From the NCBI RefSeq assembly GCF_030528505.1, contig NZ_JAUMYS010000001.1, positions 16,547 to 80,546 on the forward strand: 64,000 nt of DNA, given 5' to 3'. A program made the translations under genes and the position numbers. Position 1 is the stretch's first letter; each line of letters begins with the position of its first letter. Positions 30,900 to 41,328 of this stretch are shown piece after piece. Below the pieces are notes generated by a model, which saw nothing but the letters and a program-made list of their open reading frames with translations, had not been told where the DNA came from and did not search any database. Source of the DNA: Tannerella sp. (GTDB lineage: Bacteria > Bacteroidota > Bacteroidia > Bacteroidales > Tannerellaceae).

Positions 30900-32032
30900 G
30901 ACCTTGTATGATGTCTTGTATGATGCAGTGACATGGCTTTAAACACGTCGTTAAACCGGTTGATCCATGTATGCTCTTGTTCGGCTCTTTTTCGCGCGTT
31001 TATCTTCATGTTCATTCTTTCATTGCTTTTATTGTTTTGTAAATAAAATTTAGCTTTATCGATATATTCTTCTTTTGTACGGTAGAGTACGATTTCCTTT
31101 CCGTCCTCAAAATATCCGGCCAATTCGTCGATATAAGGCGCGAATTGCAGGCCGCCGCACATGGGTATCTCGAAGGTGCGCAGGTGGATTTTGTGTACCG
31201 GTGTACGCAGCAGATAGGTATCCCACACTTCGGTAATGCCGAGCGAAAGAGCGAAGTCGGAGTAGAGGCGATTCATCTCTTCGAAAGAGACGGACGGATG
31301 AATGTGTAAATGGTCCGATTCGAGCAGTTGCGGACGGGAAGTGAATTTCTTTTTTACCTTGCTCCAGAGAATTCGTCGGCCGATCGGGAATTTCATCAAA
31401 TCCAAATCGCCCCGGTCGATTCGGACGAGGGGCTTGTTTTGGCTCGGCGTTCGGATGGCTTGACCGGATGGGGGACCATTCAGTAAATGGTCTGAATAGA
31501 GACTGCACGGTACGCCGCCTTTCAGCAGATCGTTGATTTTCATCACCCGTGTTCCGTAGGGTGTACCAATAAAGCCTACGGTGGGGATTTCGGCCGTGAA
31601 GCGGGGACGAAAAACGTGCGGATTGGCAGCGTAAGGCAGAAAGATACATGTACAGCCCCAGCTTTTAAACAAGGGCATGGTTTCGAACGAGGTGAGCCAG
31701 ACCAAATCGAAGAGAGGAGCTATTTGCCGTTGCATAAAGGGCGCTTGCAGGTTATCGGAGCAAAGCAGCAGGGTAGGTATACCTCGCTGTTTGAACCGTC
31801 CGACGGTCTCGGGTTTCACCAGCTCGTCTCCGTGAAGACTGACCATCAGGTCGGCCGATACTGCGCCGGCAGCTTTTGCAAGTGCTTCGTTGAATTGCTC
31901 CACATCGGAATATGCGAGTGGGTTGAAGACGGTAAGGGTATGTCCGGCGCGCTTCAACTCATCCAGAAAATGGATGCGTGGGACCGAACGCATGACAGAC
32001 CCGTCGTCTTCGTAGATAAATAACAGATGCAT
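30896..32032 (-). CDS. CgeB/DUF3880-like putative glycosyltransferase
   Basis: The 378 aa protein has weak GT-B / CgeB-family resemblance. The assignment is tentative. Confidence 0.45.
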   Translation of the reverse strand: MHLLFIYEDDGSVMRSVPRIHFLDELKRAGHTLTVFNPLAYSDVEQFNEALAKAAGAVSADLMVSLHGDELVKPETVGRFKQRGIPTLLLCSDNLQAPFMQRQIAPLFDLVWLTSFETMPLFKSWGCTCIFLPYAANPHVFRPRFTAEIPTVGFIGTPYGTRVMKINDLLKGGVPCSLYSDHLLNGPPSGQAIRTPSQNKPLVRIDRGDLDLMKFPIGRRILWSKVKKKFTSRPQLLESDHLHIHPSVSFEEMNRLYSDFALSLGITEVWDTYLLRTPVHKIHLRTFEIPMCGGLQFAPYIDELAGYFEDGKEIVLYRTKEEYIDKAKFYLQNNKSNERMNMKINARKRAEQEHTWINRFNDVFKAMSLHHTRHHTRS

Positions 32033-32099
32033 TTCTTATTGCCGTGTCTTTATATCTGTTTGGGGCGACGGCTCCTCTCTCGCTTTTTCACGTTTTTTT

Positions 32100-32852
32100 C
32101 TACGGTATGGGTGAATCGGCAGGAGGAGTGGGTGTTGTGCCCTTCTTTTTTTCGCCCAGCGTATGACGCAGCGAGACAAGTTCGTTTTGTTCGTTGACGG
32201 CCTTCTCTACTTCGGTGGCGAAGGCTTCGTATTTCGCGGCGTCGACTTCTTTCATGATGTCGAGGTATTTGATCAGTTTCGAGTTGATGGTTCGCAAGAG
32301 TGCCACTTTGATGCTGCTGGCGCTGGGCAGATTTTTCTGCTGTGCAAGTTCGCGGAGATATTCCACCTGAGTAGTTGCGAAGTCTTGCTGTGCTTCGCGC
32401 AGGGCTTTGATGGCGTCGTAAACTCCGGGCAGGGCCGTGATGTTGGGTTCGAGCGATGCGTCGGACAAGTCGCGCAGCAAGGATTCGATGAGCGACGTTT
32501 CGGCGTCGTAATTTTCAGAGACGATGGACATCGTATAGTTGTCGAACACGCGTTTGAGTGCCGGCGCATGCTGTCGTGCGAATTCGGTCGGCATGTTGGC
32601 GTAGCCGTTGAGTACGTGACCCAAGGCGCGTACGCAACGGTCACGTACCCCGTCGCGGTCGTCCAGCTCATTCAGTACTTTCAGGCGTTTGATGGCTTCG
32701 GTAATTTGTTCGGACTGTAGTTTCATCGTATCCATCGTGGCAACGAGAAACGGGTCTTGGGTCAACTCGGGGCGAGCATGATACAAGGCAATGATTTGAT
32801 CGGATACGGCATCCACTTCGGTGGTGCGACTGGCTGTTTTCAGGTAGTTCAT
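32100..32852 (-). CDS. hypothetical protein (soluble, no TM helices) inside polysaccharide locus
   Basis: The 250 aa ORF sits in operon context. I recognise no motif. Confidence 0.5.
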   Translation of the reverse strand: MNYLKTASRTTEVDAVSDQIIALYHARPELTQDPFLVATMDTMKLQSEQITEAIKRLKVLNELDDRDGVRDRCVRALGHVLNGYANMPTEFARQHAPALKRVFDNYTMSIVSENYDAETSLIESLLRDLSDASLEPNITALPGVYDAIKALREAQQDFATTQVEYLRELAQQKNLPSASSIKVALLRTINSKLIKYLDIMKEVDAAKYEAFATEVEKAVNEQNELVSLRHTLGEKKKGTTPTPPADSPIP

Positions 32853-33162
32853 GTGTTTTATTTTTTATGGGTTATATAATGAAAATTACTGTGCATGTTC
32901 GGAAAATATGGCTGCCAAGCATCGTTACGGTGACGAGTCCCGACTCAGTGACGTATCAGTCCGATGTTACGATGACGACGATCGTTGGGATTTATCGCCG
33001 TCGTTCGTCGCGGTAACGTTGTCCGAGCGACTGTCTGGATAGACTTTGTCAGGGTGACGAAGAGCGTTTTCATGCTTCGTTGCGTCTCGTTACGGTAAGT
33101 ATTATAGTGGGACGAGACACTTTCGTAATACAAAAAGGGTACGAATTGCGTGTGGAAGAAAT

Positions 33163-34170
33163 TCATGAGCGTGTATTTCGTTTTGCCGGACTCGTAAAGC
33201 GTATGACTCCCGGACGAAGTTCCCGGCTCATATACAGATAGCCGGGAGTCTGTTCGAATGTCATGCCCGTATCGGTTAATATCTGCCCGATGACTTGCGG
33301 GTCGTCTTTCTTATGATAGATGCAGACCGCTCCGGCAATAGACTCAGCCGTTGCCAGCAAATGTCTTGCCCCGTTTAGTGCTTTCCGTTCGTAGCCTTCA
33401 ATATCCATTTTCAGAAAAAGATGGTCTGTTGGTTTGTCACGGAAAAAAGTATCCAAACATAGATTCTGTTCATCATCCGTATCGCTCACGTATTTTTTCA
33501 CGATGGTGATTTTCTCTTTCCATGGTTCAAACGTCGCATGAAGTGCTTCGATCCACATATCTTCACTCTCGAAAAGGTAAGCATGGCGGATATGTTCAAT
33601 GGTGTCGAGCGTAAAAATGCCTTCTGCGCTACCTACATCGAGTAATGTTCTTCCTTCCATTTCGGCATAATCGTTCACATAACAATGTGCTGAACGCTTA
33701 TCCTGTTCGATGAGTAGACCCAGATAGTTTTCGCGTACCAGTTTGGCGCTCATTCCTTTTTTGAAGAAAAGCCTTTGCCCCTTGTGCAATACATAAGGCA
33801 AATTGTTTTGATAATACACATGAGCATCTTTCAACCCTCTGTTTTTCAGATGTTTACCCCCCCCCTCCATTAAGTGAAATTCTTTACTGGATGCCAACAA
33901 GTTACTGCTTAATGCAAATGCCCGCCCATTTCTGTATTCTTTCACCCACAGGTAAGGGTAGGGACAAGGGCCCACAATTGCCCATTCATGGAGAGCTTTT
34001 TCTTCCTCATTACGAGGCTTTCTAAAGAAAAAAAGGAGAGTGTAATATTTTGCTTTCAGCGGCTCGGTCACATAGTTACGTAACGTCAGCAGCCATTTAC
34101 CCAGAAAAGCGCGATAGATGTTTTTACGAATATTTTGGGGAATGAATTTGCGGTAAAGTTTTGCAAGCAT
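33163..34170 (-). CDS. FkbM-family methyltransferase
   Basis: The FkbM motifs LLDVGSAEGIFTLDTIEHIRHAYLFE and LKMDIEGYERKALNGARH are present. Confidence 0.75.
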   Translation of the reverse strand: MLAKLYRKFIPQNIRKNIYRAFLGKWLLTLRNYVTEPLKAKYYTLLFFFRKPRNEEEKALHEWAIVGPCPYPYLWVKEYRNGRAFALSSNLLASSKEFHLMEGGGKHLKNRGLKDAHVYYQNNLPYVLHKGQRLFFKKGMSAKLVRENYLGLLIEQDKRSAHCYVNDYAEMEGRTLLDVGSAEGIFTLDTIEHIRHAYLFESEDMWIEALHATFEPWKEKITIVKKYVSDTDDEQNLCLDTFFRDKPTDHLFLKMDIEGYERKALNGARHLLATAESIAGAVCIYHKKDDPQVIGQILTDTGMTFEQTPGYLYMSRELRPGVIRFTSPAKRNTRS

Positions 34171-34202
34171 GATATTTTATATGCGTCTTATATGTTTTTA
34201 TA

Positions 34203-35654
34203 TTATCGTTGAATCTTTACTTTCAAGAATACGACAGCCTCTTTCAACATGGTAGATCCTGCCAACCACAATAGGGTGATATAAATCGTTGTCATAGCAA
34301 TTACTTTTATCGCGAGACTTAAATATACATTACTCATTCCTATTGTCGCCCCCCAAGCCCCTCCGATAGCCAGGGCGGTTACGGCGACATACGGAAAAAT
34401 ATCTTTCACCACGTCACTTATTCGCAGACCGATAAGTTTATGCGTGTACAGATGCCAAAAAAACGTACTGCAACAAAATACCCCCACATAAGTCGATACC
34501 ATGACGAAAATATTCCCCGACAAATAATAACACACCAGCAACGACAGCAGCTGGGCGGCAAAAAGTATCGTCATAATGTTCATATAGAGATATGACTTTC
34601 CGTGCGAAAAAGCGAGCGACATGTACAAAGCGATCAAATAACTGTTCAGTCCCCAAATGCAAAAAATCTGCAGAAAAGGAATGCTGGGTCTCCACGTCGG
34701 GCCCAGTGCGATAAGAATAAATTCCTTTCCGGCGAAAGCTAATCCCAACAATGCCGGAAAAGTAATAAAAGCTCCGAAACGAAGCATCTTGCGGAAAACG
34801 TTTAGCTGACGCTGCCTGTCCGACTGAGCTTCTACCAATACCGGCTGAGCAATGTTATTAAGCGTCGAAACAATCATATTTCCTCCCATGATGGCCCATT
34901 TGTTGCCTTGAGAGTAATAACCCGTCATCGTTTCGTGGTACGCTTTCCCTAAGATGACCGTCATCAGATTATATGTGATCTGTGAAAAAACTCCCGTAAC
35001 AAAGACCTTGACTGAAAACCCGAACATCTCTCTGAGCGGAGCCCAGTCAAATTCAAATGTCGGCCTCCATGGCGATAATCGCCAGCGAAGCACGACGATG
35101 ATCAAGACCTGAGAAAGTTGCTGAATGACCAGCCCCCAAAAGGCAAAACCGTTTAACGCCAGAATTAACCCGATAGCCCCCGATCCGAAAACAGCGGCCA
35201 TATCGATGACTCCCCGCTGCTTGGCCATGATTTTTTTTAGCAGCAAAGCGTTATGCGCTACACCTGTCGCCGAAATAATAAACGTCAGAAACAAGACACG
35301 CGAAAGGGAAACCAGCACCGGTTGGTTATAAAATCGAGCGATCCACGGCGCGGCAAAGAAAAGAAGAACGTATATCCCGAAGGCTACGAATACATTGAAC
35401 CAGAAGACCGCATTGTAGTCCTTATGTTCGATGGTTTTTCGATTGACCAGCGCTGTGGTAAAACCACTGTCCATAACGGTATTCGCTACGGCTGTGAAGA
35501 TAGCCAGCATCGCCACCAGCCCGTAATCGTCGGGCGAAAGGATCCGGGCGATCGCTATACCAAAAGCCATGCCGATCACTTGCTGGACGAAATTGCTGAT
35601 TCCGCCCCAGAACAAACCTTTGGCTGTTTTTTCTTTCAGTGTAGCTTCTGGCAT
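34203..35654 (-). CDS. wzx: polysaccharide (O-antigen/capsule repeat-unit) flippase, MOP superfamily
   Basis: The 483 aa protein has about 12-14 TM helices. The N-terminus (LFWGGISNFVQQVIGMAFGIAIARILSPDDYGLVAMLAIF) is typical of Wzx. Confidence 0.85.
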   Translation of the reverse strand: MPEATLKEKTAKGLFWGGISNFVQQVIGMAFGIAIARILSPDDYGLVAMLAIFTAVANTVMDSGFTTALVNRKTIEHKDYNAVFWFNVFVAFGIYVLLFFAAPWIARFYNQPVLVSLSRVLFLTFIISATGVAHNALLLKKIMAKQRGVIDMAAVFGSGAIGLILALNGFAFWGLVIQQLSQVLIIVVLRWRLSPWRPTFEFDWAPLREMFGFSVKVFVTGVFSQITYNLMTVILGKAYHETMTGYYSQGNKWAIMGGNMIVSTLNNIAQPVLVEAQSDRQRQLNVFRKMLRFGAFITFPALLGLAFAGKEFILIALGPTWRPSIPFLQIFCIWGLNSYLIALYMSLAFSHGKSYLYMNIMTILFAAQLLSLLVCYYLSGNIFVMVSTYVGVFCCSTFFWHLYTHKLIGLRISDVVKDIFPYVAVTALAIGGAWGATIGMSNVYLSLAIKVIAMTTIYITLLWLAGSTMLKEAVVFLKVKIQR

Positions 35655-35661
35655 TAGGGAG

Positions 35662-36636
35662 TTATTCTCCTTCTTTTTCTTTTACGTAGCGAGGTGTTGA
35701 AGCGTTCTGAATCGCCTTCAATGCAATATCTTTTACACTGGCTTCAGCACGAAGAGCCTTATCGGCATACTCTTTTACCTGTGCTTGCAGTTCTTTTATT
35801 TTTTCCTGTAGAGAATGTATTTGCTGGTCCTTCAGACGAAGCTCTGCCGCATTCTGCTGCTCGGAAAGTTTATTTTTAAACTCATACTCCGTCTTCAGGC
35901 TCTTTGTGATTTCCGCTTCCTTATCAATCAATGCTTTTTCTAACAACTGAGGATATTCAGCATGATATTTGCGTAACTCCACCAATTCTGTTTCTGCAGT
36001 TTTCAGGTTGGTTTCACGTTCCATCATTTCCTGCTCGAACTTTGCCTTCCGCTCTTGGAGCTCTCTTTCGAGCTGCTGTACTTTGACTTTATACTCATCT
36101 GTATCTTTTTGTCTTGCAGTTTTCAGATTGTATGCATACTCTTCTTCTTCACGCTGACGTTGCTTGGCTACCTCGTTGAGATGCTCCTCCTGTGTCGTTT
36201 TGTGTTTTTGCTTCTCTGTCTCCCATAAAAGTCTCGCTTCAGCCATTTCTTTTTCAAATGCCTCTTTTTTCTCTTTCTGCACAAGAAGCATGGTCGCCAA
36301 TGAATCGGTATTGGCGGTGAGTGAGTATAAGTCTTCGAGCTTTTTTTTCTCAACTTCAATGGCCATCTTTATATCGGATAATTTCTTGTATTCCATAGAA
36401 AGTTCTTCCAATAACCCGTTTAATGAACCATTCAAACTTATTTTTAAGTTTTCGATGCTTTTTCCGATATGGTCTTTCGACAAGTCCGAAACGCGATCAC
36501 TTATCTCTTTATTTTGCTTCTCTTCCTGTTCTAATTTAGGATGATTGGCCTTGGCTTTCTGCACTTCTTCCAGAAGACTTTCGTATGCTTCGAGAATCTC
36601 TGTCTTGGTGTTTTTGGATGATACGACGGTTGCCAT
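35662..36636 (-). CDS. coiled-coil protein, E/K/Q-rich, no TM segment
   Basis: The 324 aa protein is almost entirely heptad-like charged repeats (KAKFEQEMMERETNLKTAETELVELRK...). It is tightly packed between wzx and the Gfo/Idh/MocA gene. Confidence 0.55.
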   Translation of the reverse strand: MATVVSSKNTKTEILEAYESLLEEVQKAKANHPKLEQEEKQNKEISDRVSDLSKDHIGKSIENLKISLNGSLNGLLEELSMEYKKLSDIKMAIEVEKKKLEDLYSLTANTDSLATMLLVQKEKKEAFEKEMAEARLLWETEKQKHKTTQEEHLNEVAKQRQREEEEYAYNLKTARQKDTDEYKVKVQQLERELQERKAKFEQEMMERETNLKTAETELVELRKYHAEYPQLLEKALIDKEAEITKSLKTEYEFKNKLSEQQNAAELRLKDQQIHSLQEKIKELQAQVKEYADKALRAEASVKDIALKAIQNASTPRYVKEKEGE

Positions 36637-36663
36637 AATTATTGATCTTAATTTGTTATTTAA

Positions 36664-37722
36664 TCATTTTTTGTCCGGATCTTTCTTCAACGCATAAATC
36701 CGCTCGATCATATCGACGACTTTCATGCCTTCAAGCACATTCGTCGTTATCGTATCGGAAGTGTTCCCGGAAAGGACATTCACCACGTTGCGGATTACGA
36801 GGTGATGGTTCTGTGCCGAGCCTTTGTAAGCGCCGTAGTCGTTGCCCGGATTCGTAGGTGGAAGAGTCGGCATCTCGTAGTCTCGGATATGGCAATACTC
36901 GACTTCGTTCATGTATTGTCCCCCGATTTTCACACTTCCGTTTTCCGCCACAATCAGCATACTGCTTTCGAGGTTTTTATTCCAAACGGCGGTCGAGTAG
37001 TTCAATGACCCCATGCCTCCTCCGTTCGTAAAACGGAAGTGAACGACACCCGAGTCTTCGAAGGCGGTTGTATCGTGGTGGTTGAAATCGTCGAATCGCG
37101 CCTGTATGTCGGTAATGTCGCCGAAAAGCCAATACATCACGTCGATAAAATGCGAGAACTGCGTAAAGAGCGTGCCGCCGTCCAAATCGGCCGTTCCGTG
37201 CCAGCCGCCGGCTTTGTAATAGCGTTCATCGCGATTCCAGTAACAGTTGAGCTGAACCATGTAAATCTGCCCCAAACGTCCTGACTCGATCATCTCTTTG
37301 ATCCATACCGAAGGCGGAGAATAGCGGTTTTGCATCACACAGAAGACTTGCCGATGGTGCTTCAAGCCAGTATAGACGACCTTCTCGGCATCGGCCACAG
37401 AGAGAGCCATCGGCTTTTCGATGACGACATGATAGCCAGCCTCCATCGACCGAATCGCCATCGAGGCATGCAGGCCGTTCGGCACGCAAATATTTAATAC
37501 GTCGAATGGGATACCGCTTTTTAGCAATTCGTCGAAACTGCGGAAGAAAGGTACTTTATATGCCTCGATACCCAATACGAGTTCAGGTCGGATATCGCAG
37601 AGCGCGACCAGTTCGGCGCCCTCTTCACGCGAAATCATTTCCGCATGGCGTTTGCCGATATGTCCGCAACCGATCACGGCAAAACGAACCGGTTTGATCA
37701 TTTCGTTTGTTGACTTCTTCAT
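36664..37722 (-). CDS. Gfo/Idh/MocA-family NAD(P)-dependent sugar oxidoreductase
   Basis: VRFAVIGCGHIGKRHAEMI is a Rossmann motif. The context suggests a nucleotide-sugar 3-dehydrogenase. Alternative start at 37749. Confidence 0.85.
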   Translation of the reverse strand: MKKSTNEMIKPVRFAVIGCGHIGKRHAEMISREEGAELVALCDIRPELVLGIEAYKVPFFRSFDELLKSGIPFDVLNICVPNGLHASMAIRSMEAGYHVVIEKPMALSVADAEKVVYTGLKHHRQVFCVMQNRYSPPSVWIKEMIESGRLGQIYMVQLNCYWNRDERYYKAGGWHGTADLDGGTLFTQFSHFIDVMYWLFGDITDIQARFDDFNHHDTTAFEDSGVVHFRFTNGGGMGSLNYSTAVWNKNLESSMLIVAENGSVKIGGQYMNEVEYCHIRDYEMPTLPPTNPGNDYGAYKGSAQNHHLVIRNVVNVLSGNTSDTITTNVLEGMKVVDMIERIYALKKDPDKK

Positions 37723-37960
37723 ACAACAAGTCCACGTCACTCCCATCATGCGGGGTGACTCAAAAAGCGTTGCAAAGATACAAAACTTATTCTATACAAC
37801 GTGTCGTGAAGATCGTTATTGCAAGCAATATCCGTAGCTCACGAGGGGTAATCTTCGTTTTCGTGACCGATGTTTGTCTGTCATCATGCTTCAATTTCTC
37901 CCCTCGATTCGCTCGTGTAACGAACAAATTAATCCTCTCGTGGGAAATTTCGCTTTGCTT

Positions 37961-39211
37961 TTAAGCTTTTCCGCCGTACCCGAAGCCAAGATCGTCAATC
38001 ACGGCTTTGACTTCGGCTTCCGTAGCGGTACCTTCGACAAAGGCCGTCCCGCTGTTCAGATCAACGCTTACGGAAGTAACGCCTGCCAATTTGCCAAGAC
38101 CCTTCTCCACACTTTCCTTGCAATGGTTACAACTCATGCCGGTGATTTTATATTTTGCTGTCATATCGTTTGTTTGTATAGGTTTTTGTTTGTATTTCAA
38201 GAAAAAAGCATAGATGAGCAGCAGTACAAGCAAGATACTGCACGACGTTTTGAACCAGGGCGTATCCGGCTGGCAACAGGCCGCAGCCGTCGCAGTAATC
38301 GGCGCCGCAAACCATTCGGCAGGCAATAGATAATCGATTGCCAATCCGAATCCGACTGCACCGGTAATAATGGCTGCAAGATACGTAACAAGTGTTTTTA
38401 CCCCCATCACTTTACGTATAACGAGAATAGCCGCCATGTTCGTTGCCGGTCCGGCCATCAGCAGGACAAGTGCCGCACCGGGCGACATCCCTTTCAACAT
38501 CAATGCTGCGGCAATCGGGATAGACCCCGTGGCACAAAGATACATGGGGACAGAGAAGAGCAGTACGAGCAACATGTTCTTTATCGGAGTGTCGGCGTAC
38601 TGCTCGAAGAAGGTCGTTGGTACGAAAACGGTAATCAATCCCGCAATCACCAATCCGATTACTAACCATTTGCCGATATCTTGAAGCATCTCCACATATC
38701 CGTAGCGCAGTGCTTCGATCAGACGGTTTTGCCGTTTCGGACGGACGGTTTCATCAGTGCATCCGCAGGTGGAAGTGCATGGTTCGCTCGACTTTTCTTC
38801 ATCTCCGGCAGCAAAGCGGTTTACCGCTACCCCACCTACCATGGCGGTCACCAGTGCCACGATCGGACGGATAATCGCAAACGGAAGTCCCAACAGCGAA
38901 TAAGTGGCCATGATCGAGTCGACTCCCGTTTGTGGCGTAGCGATGAGAAAAGAAGTGGTTGCCCCCTTGCTCGCCCCTTCGTTGCGTAACGACATCGCCG
39001 TAGGGATCACGCCGCACGAACAGAGAGGTAACGGGATGCCGAATAAGGCGGCCCACAATACCGACCGGAAATCGTTATGCGAAAGGTAACGCGTGTAAAT
39101 CCCCTGCGGCACATACACATGCAGCAGTCCGGCAAAGAGGAAGCCCAGCAACAGATAGGGCGACATCTCATTCAACAAATTGACAAAAGCATTCCAAGAT
39201 TCCATACACAT
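37961..39211 (-). CDS. SO_0444-family Cu/Zn efflux permease with C-terminal heavy-metal-associated (HMA) domain
   Basis: The permease core has paired Cys motifs (LCSCGVIP, CTSTCGC). The C-terminus YKITGMSCNHCKESVEKGLGKLAGVTSVSVDL is a canonical GMxCxxC HMA domain. Confidence 0.8.
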   Translation of the reverse strand: MCMESWNAFVNLLNEMSPYLLLGFLFAGLLHVYVPQGIYTRYLSHNDFRSVLWAALFGIPLPLCSCGVIPTAMSLRNEGASKGATTSFLIATPQTGVDSIMATYSLLGLPFAIIRPIVALVTAMVGGVAVNRFAAGDEEKSSEPCTSTCGCTDETVRPKRQNRLIEALRYGYVEMLQDIGKWLVIGLVIAGLITVFVPTTFFEQYADTPIKNMLLVLLFSVPMYLCATGSIPIAAALMLKGMSPGAALVLLMAGPATNMAAILVIRKVMGVKTLVTYLAAIITGAVGFGLAIDYLLPAEWFAAPITATAAACCQPDTPWFKTSCSILLVLLLIYAFFLKYKQKPIQTNDMTAKYKITGMSCNHCKESVEKGLGKLAGVTSVSVDLNSGTAFVEGTATEAEVKAVIDDLGFGYGGKA

Positions 39212-39243
39212 TATCTTTTATTGCCCGACACGGTTTTTCTGCG

Positions 39244-40842
39244 TCATCGACTTTGTCGGAGTACCTTGCGATAGGCTGCTTCGTCATTGATGATGCGCAG
39301 GGCTTCTTTCAGGCTTTCGTTATCGTCGTTAATGGTTTGAAAATATTCGTTCATATCAAATAAGTCGCGTGCGATAAGTGCTTTGAGCTGAAGCGAGATC
39401 AGTGGCTTGGATCGATTGTATTGTTCTTCGTTAAATTCGATCTTCTCGTCAGTCGCGAGCTTCTGAAGTTCTTGGAGTATTTCGTCCGTCACCTCGAACT
39501 TCGCCTTGTATATCTTGAATGCCGGATATTTTTTACCCAACTCCTTGCGATTCTTGTCGAGGTAGTTCATCGCTACACGGTTCACGATTCCCATTCCGGC
39601 CACTTTCCGGTGATAGTCTGTGTAACGTGTCGAGTCGAAAGGAATAAAGATATCGGGCATGATTCCGCCACCGCCGTAGACCGTACGTTTGTTCAGCAGG
39701 GTACTGAACTTCAGCGAATCCGGAAAATGGATACTGTCGGCATTCATCAACTCACCGCGGTTGTACCGTTCGATCAGGTCGCGATTATACTCTTTGGCCT
39801 GACCATTCTTATAGGGCTTCTGAATATACCGTCCCGAAGGCGTGTAATAACGTGCGACGGTGAGGCGGATCATCGAACCGTCGGGCATCGGGATCGGTTT
39901 TTGTACAAGCCCTTTCCCGAATGTGCGTCGTCCGAGAATGACACCTCTGTCCCAGTCCTGCACAGCTCCGGACACGATCTCACTCGCCGAGGCTGAAGCC
40001 TCGTCGACCATAATGACCAATCGTCCGTTCTCGAATCCGCCTTTTTCGGTGGCGTCGGCTTCCTCGCGTGGCTGTCGGTTCCCTTTTGTATAAACAATCA
40101 GCCTGTCTTTTCCGAGGAATTCGTCGGCCAAAGCACATGCCACATGGAGATAGCCTCCGCCGTTGCCCTGCAAATCCAGAATCAGGTGCTTCATACCCTG
40201 TTGGCGGAGTTTGACCAACGCCTTGTTAAACTCTTCGTGCGAAGAAGCGGCAAAGCGGTTCAGGCGGATGTAACCGGTCGTTGCATCGGCCATATAGGCT
40301 GCGTCCAGACTGTAAACGGGTATTTTTCCACGGATAATTTTAAATTCGAGTAACTCGGTGGAGATACCACGCTTTACTTTTACGCGCACTTCGGTACCTT
40401 TTGGGCCTTTCAGCCGTTTCATGATGTCGCTCGTTTTCATCTTCACACCGGCAATTAGCGAATCGTCTACCATGATGATCCGGTCGCCGGCCATCAGTCC
40501 CACTTTTTCCGAAGGGCCTCCGGAGATGACCTGAATCACGTAGAGCGTGTCGGTAAGCATATTGAACTGGATACCGATGCCGTCGAAATTACTATCTAAC
40601 GGCTCCGTCAACTCCTTCGTCTCTTCCGGATCGGAATAGTCGGAGTGAGGGTCTAACTTTTCGAGCATCCCGACGATTGCGTCTTCTACCAGCTTCTTCT
40701 CATCCGTCTTATCTACGTATAAGTTACTGATGGCATACAATGCCATGGAGAGTTTTCGGGTTTCCATATCGGTTCGCTGCTGCGCGTGAGCCGATGAATA
40801 AAGCAATGTGCAGACTATAAAGATCGATAAAATTCTGTTCAT
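39244..40842 (-). CDS. S41-family carboxy-terminal processing peptidase
   Basis: A signal peptide, a PDZ region and the S41 catalytic block ([39 protein letters not shown]) are present. Confidence 0.9.
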   Translation of the reverse strand: MNRILSIFIVCTLLYSSAHAQQRTDMETRKLSMALYAISNLYVDKTDEKKLVEDAIVGMLEKLDPHSDYSDPEETKELTEPLDSNFDGIGIQFNMLTDTLYVIQVISGGPSEKVGLMAGDRIIMVDDSLIAGVKMKTSDIMKRLKGPKGTEVRVKVKRGISTELLEFKIIRGKIPVYSLDAAYMADATTGYIRLNRFAASSHEEFNKALVKLRQQGMKHLILDLQGNGGGYLHVACALADEFLGKDRLIVYTKGNRQPREEADATEKGGFENGRLVIMVDEASASASEIVSGAVQDWDRGVILGRRTFGKGLVQKPIPMPDGSMIRLTVARYYTPSGRYIQKPYKNGQAKEYNRDLIERYNRGELMNADSIHFPDSLKFSTLLNKRTVYGGGGIMPDIFIPFDSTRYTDYHRKVAGMGIVNRVAMNYLDKNRKELGKKYPAFKIYKAKFEVTDEILQELQKLATDEKIEFNEEQYNRSKPLISLQLKALIARDLFDMNEYFQTINDDNESLKEALRIINDEAAYRKVLRQSR

Positions 40843-41318
40843 GATTTTCGTTGTTTTAATGTATATTGCACTTCTTGAGGAACAAAACGGGAAATATCTT
40901 TGCCGTATTGTAACAGTTCGCGCACGATGCTGGAACTGATATGCGTATATTCGGGTTCGGTAAAAAGAATGAACGTTTCGATACCGGTGAGTTCCCGGTT
41001 GACGTCCGCCATATGCTTTTCGTATTCAAAATCGCTCATGGTTCGGATACCGCGCAGAATAAATCGGGCATCAATGCGTTTCGCAAAATCGACGGTCAAC
41101 GAATCATACAGCATGACTTGCACGCGAGGCTCGTTTCGATAAAGTTGTTCGATGGATGCCACTCGCTCCTCTAAGGAGAAATAGGTTTTTTTGGTCAGGT
41201 TCACCCCGATAGAAATGACGATTTCGTCGACTAATGTCAATGCGCGATCGACCAACGACTGATGGCCGACGGTAAAAGGATCGAATGTGCCCGGGAAAAT
41301 AGCTCTTCTTTTTTCCAT
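40839..41318 (-). CDS. coaD: phosphopantetheine adenylyltransferase
   Basis: [27 protein letters not shown] contains the T/HxGH motif. The start is chosen at 41318; the track over-extends into parE. Confidence 0.9.
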   Translation of the reverse strand: MEKRRAIFPGTFDPFTVGHQSLVDRALTLVDEIVISIGVNLTKKTYFSLEERVASIEQLYRNEPRVQVMLYDSLTVDFAKRIDARFILRGIRTMSDFEYEKHMADVNRELTGIETFILFTEPEYTHISSSIVRELLQYGKDISRFVPQEVQYTLKQRKS

Positions 41319-41328
41319 GTGCCTGTAT

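Noticed and set aside
32945-33166. A 73-aa ORF lies in the 310-bp gap of the polysaccharide locus.
   Set aside because: There is no RBS context or motif. The region is more likely non-coding and is reported as a repeat-containing gap instead.
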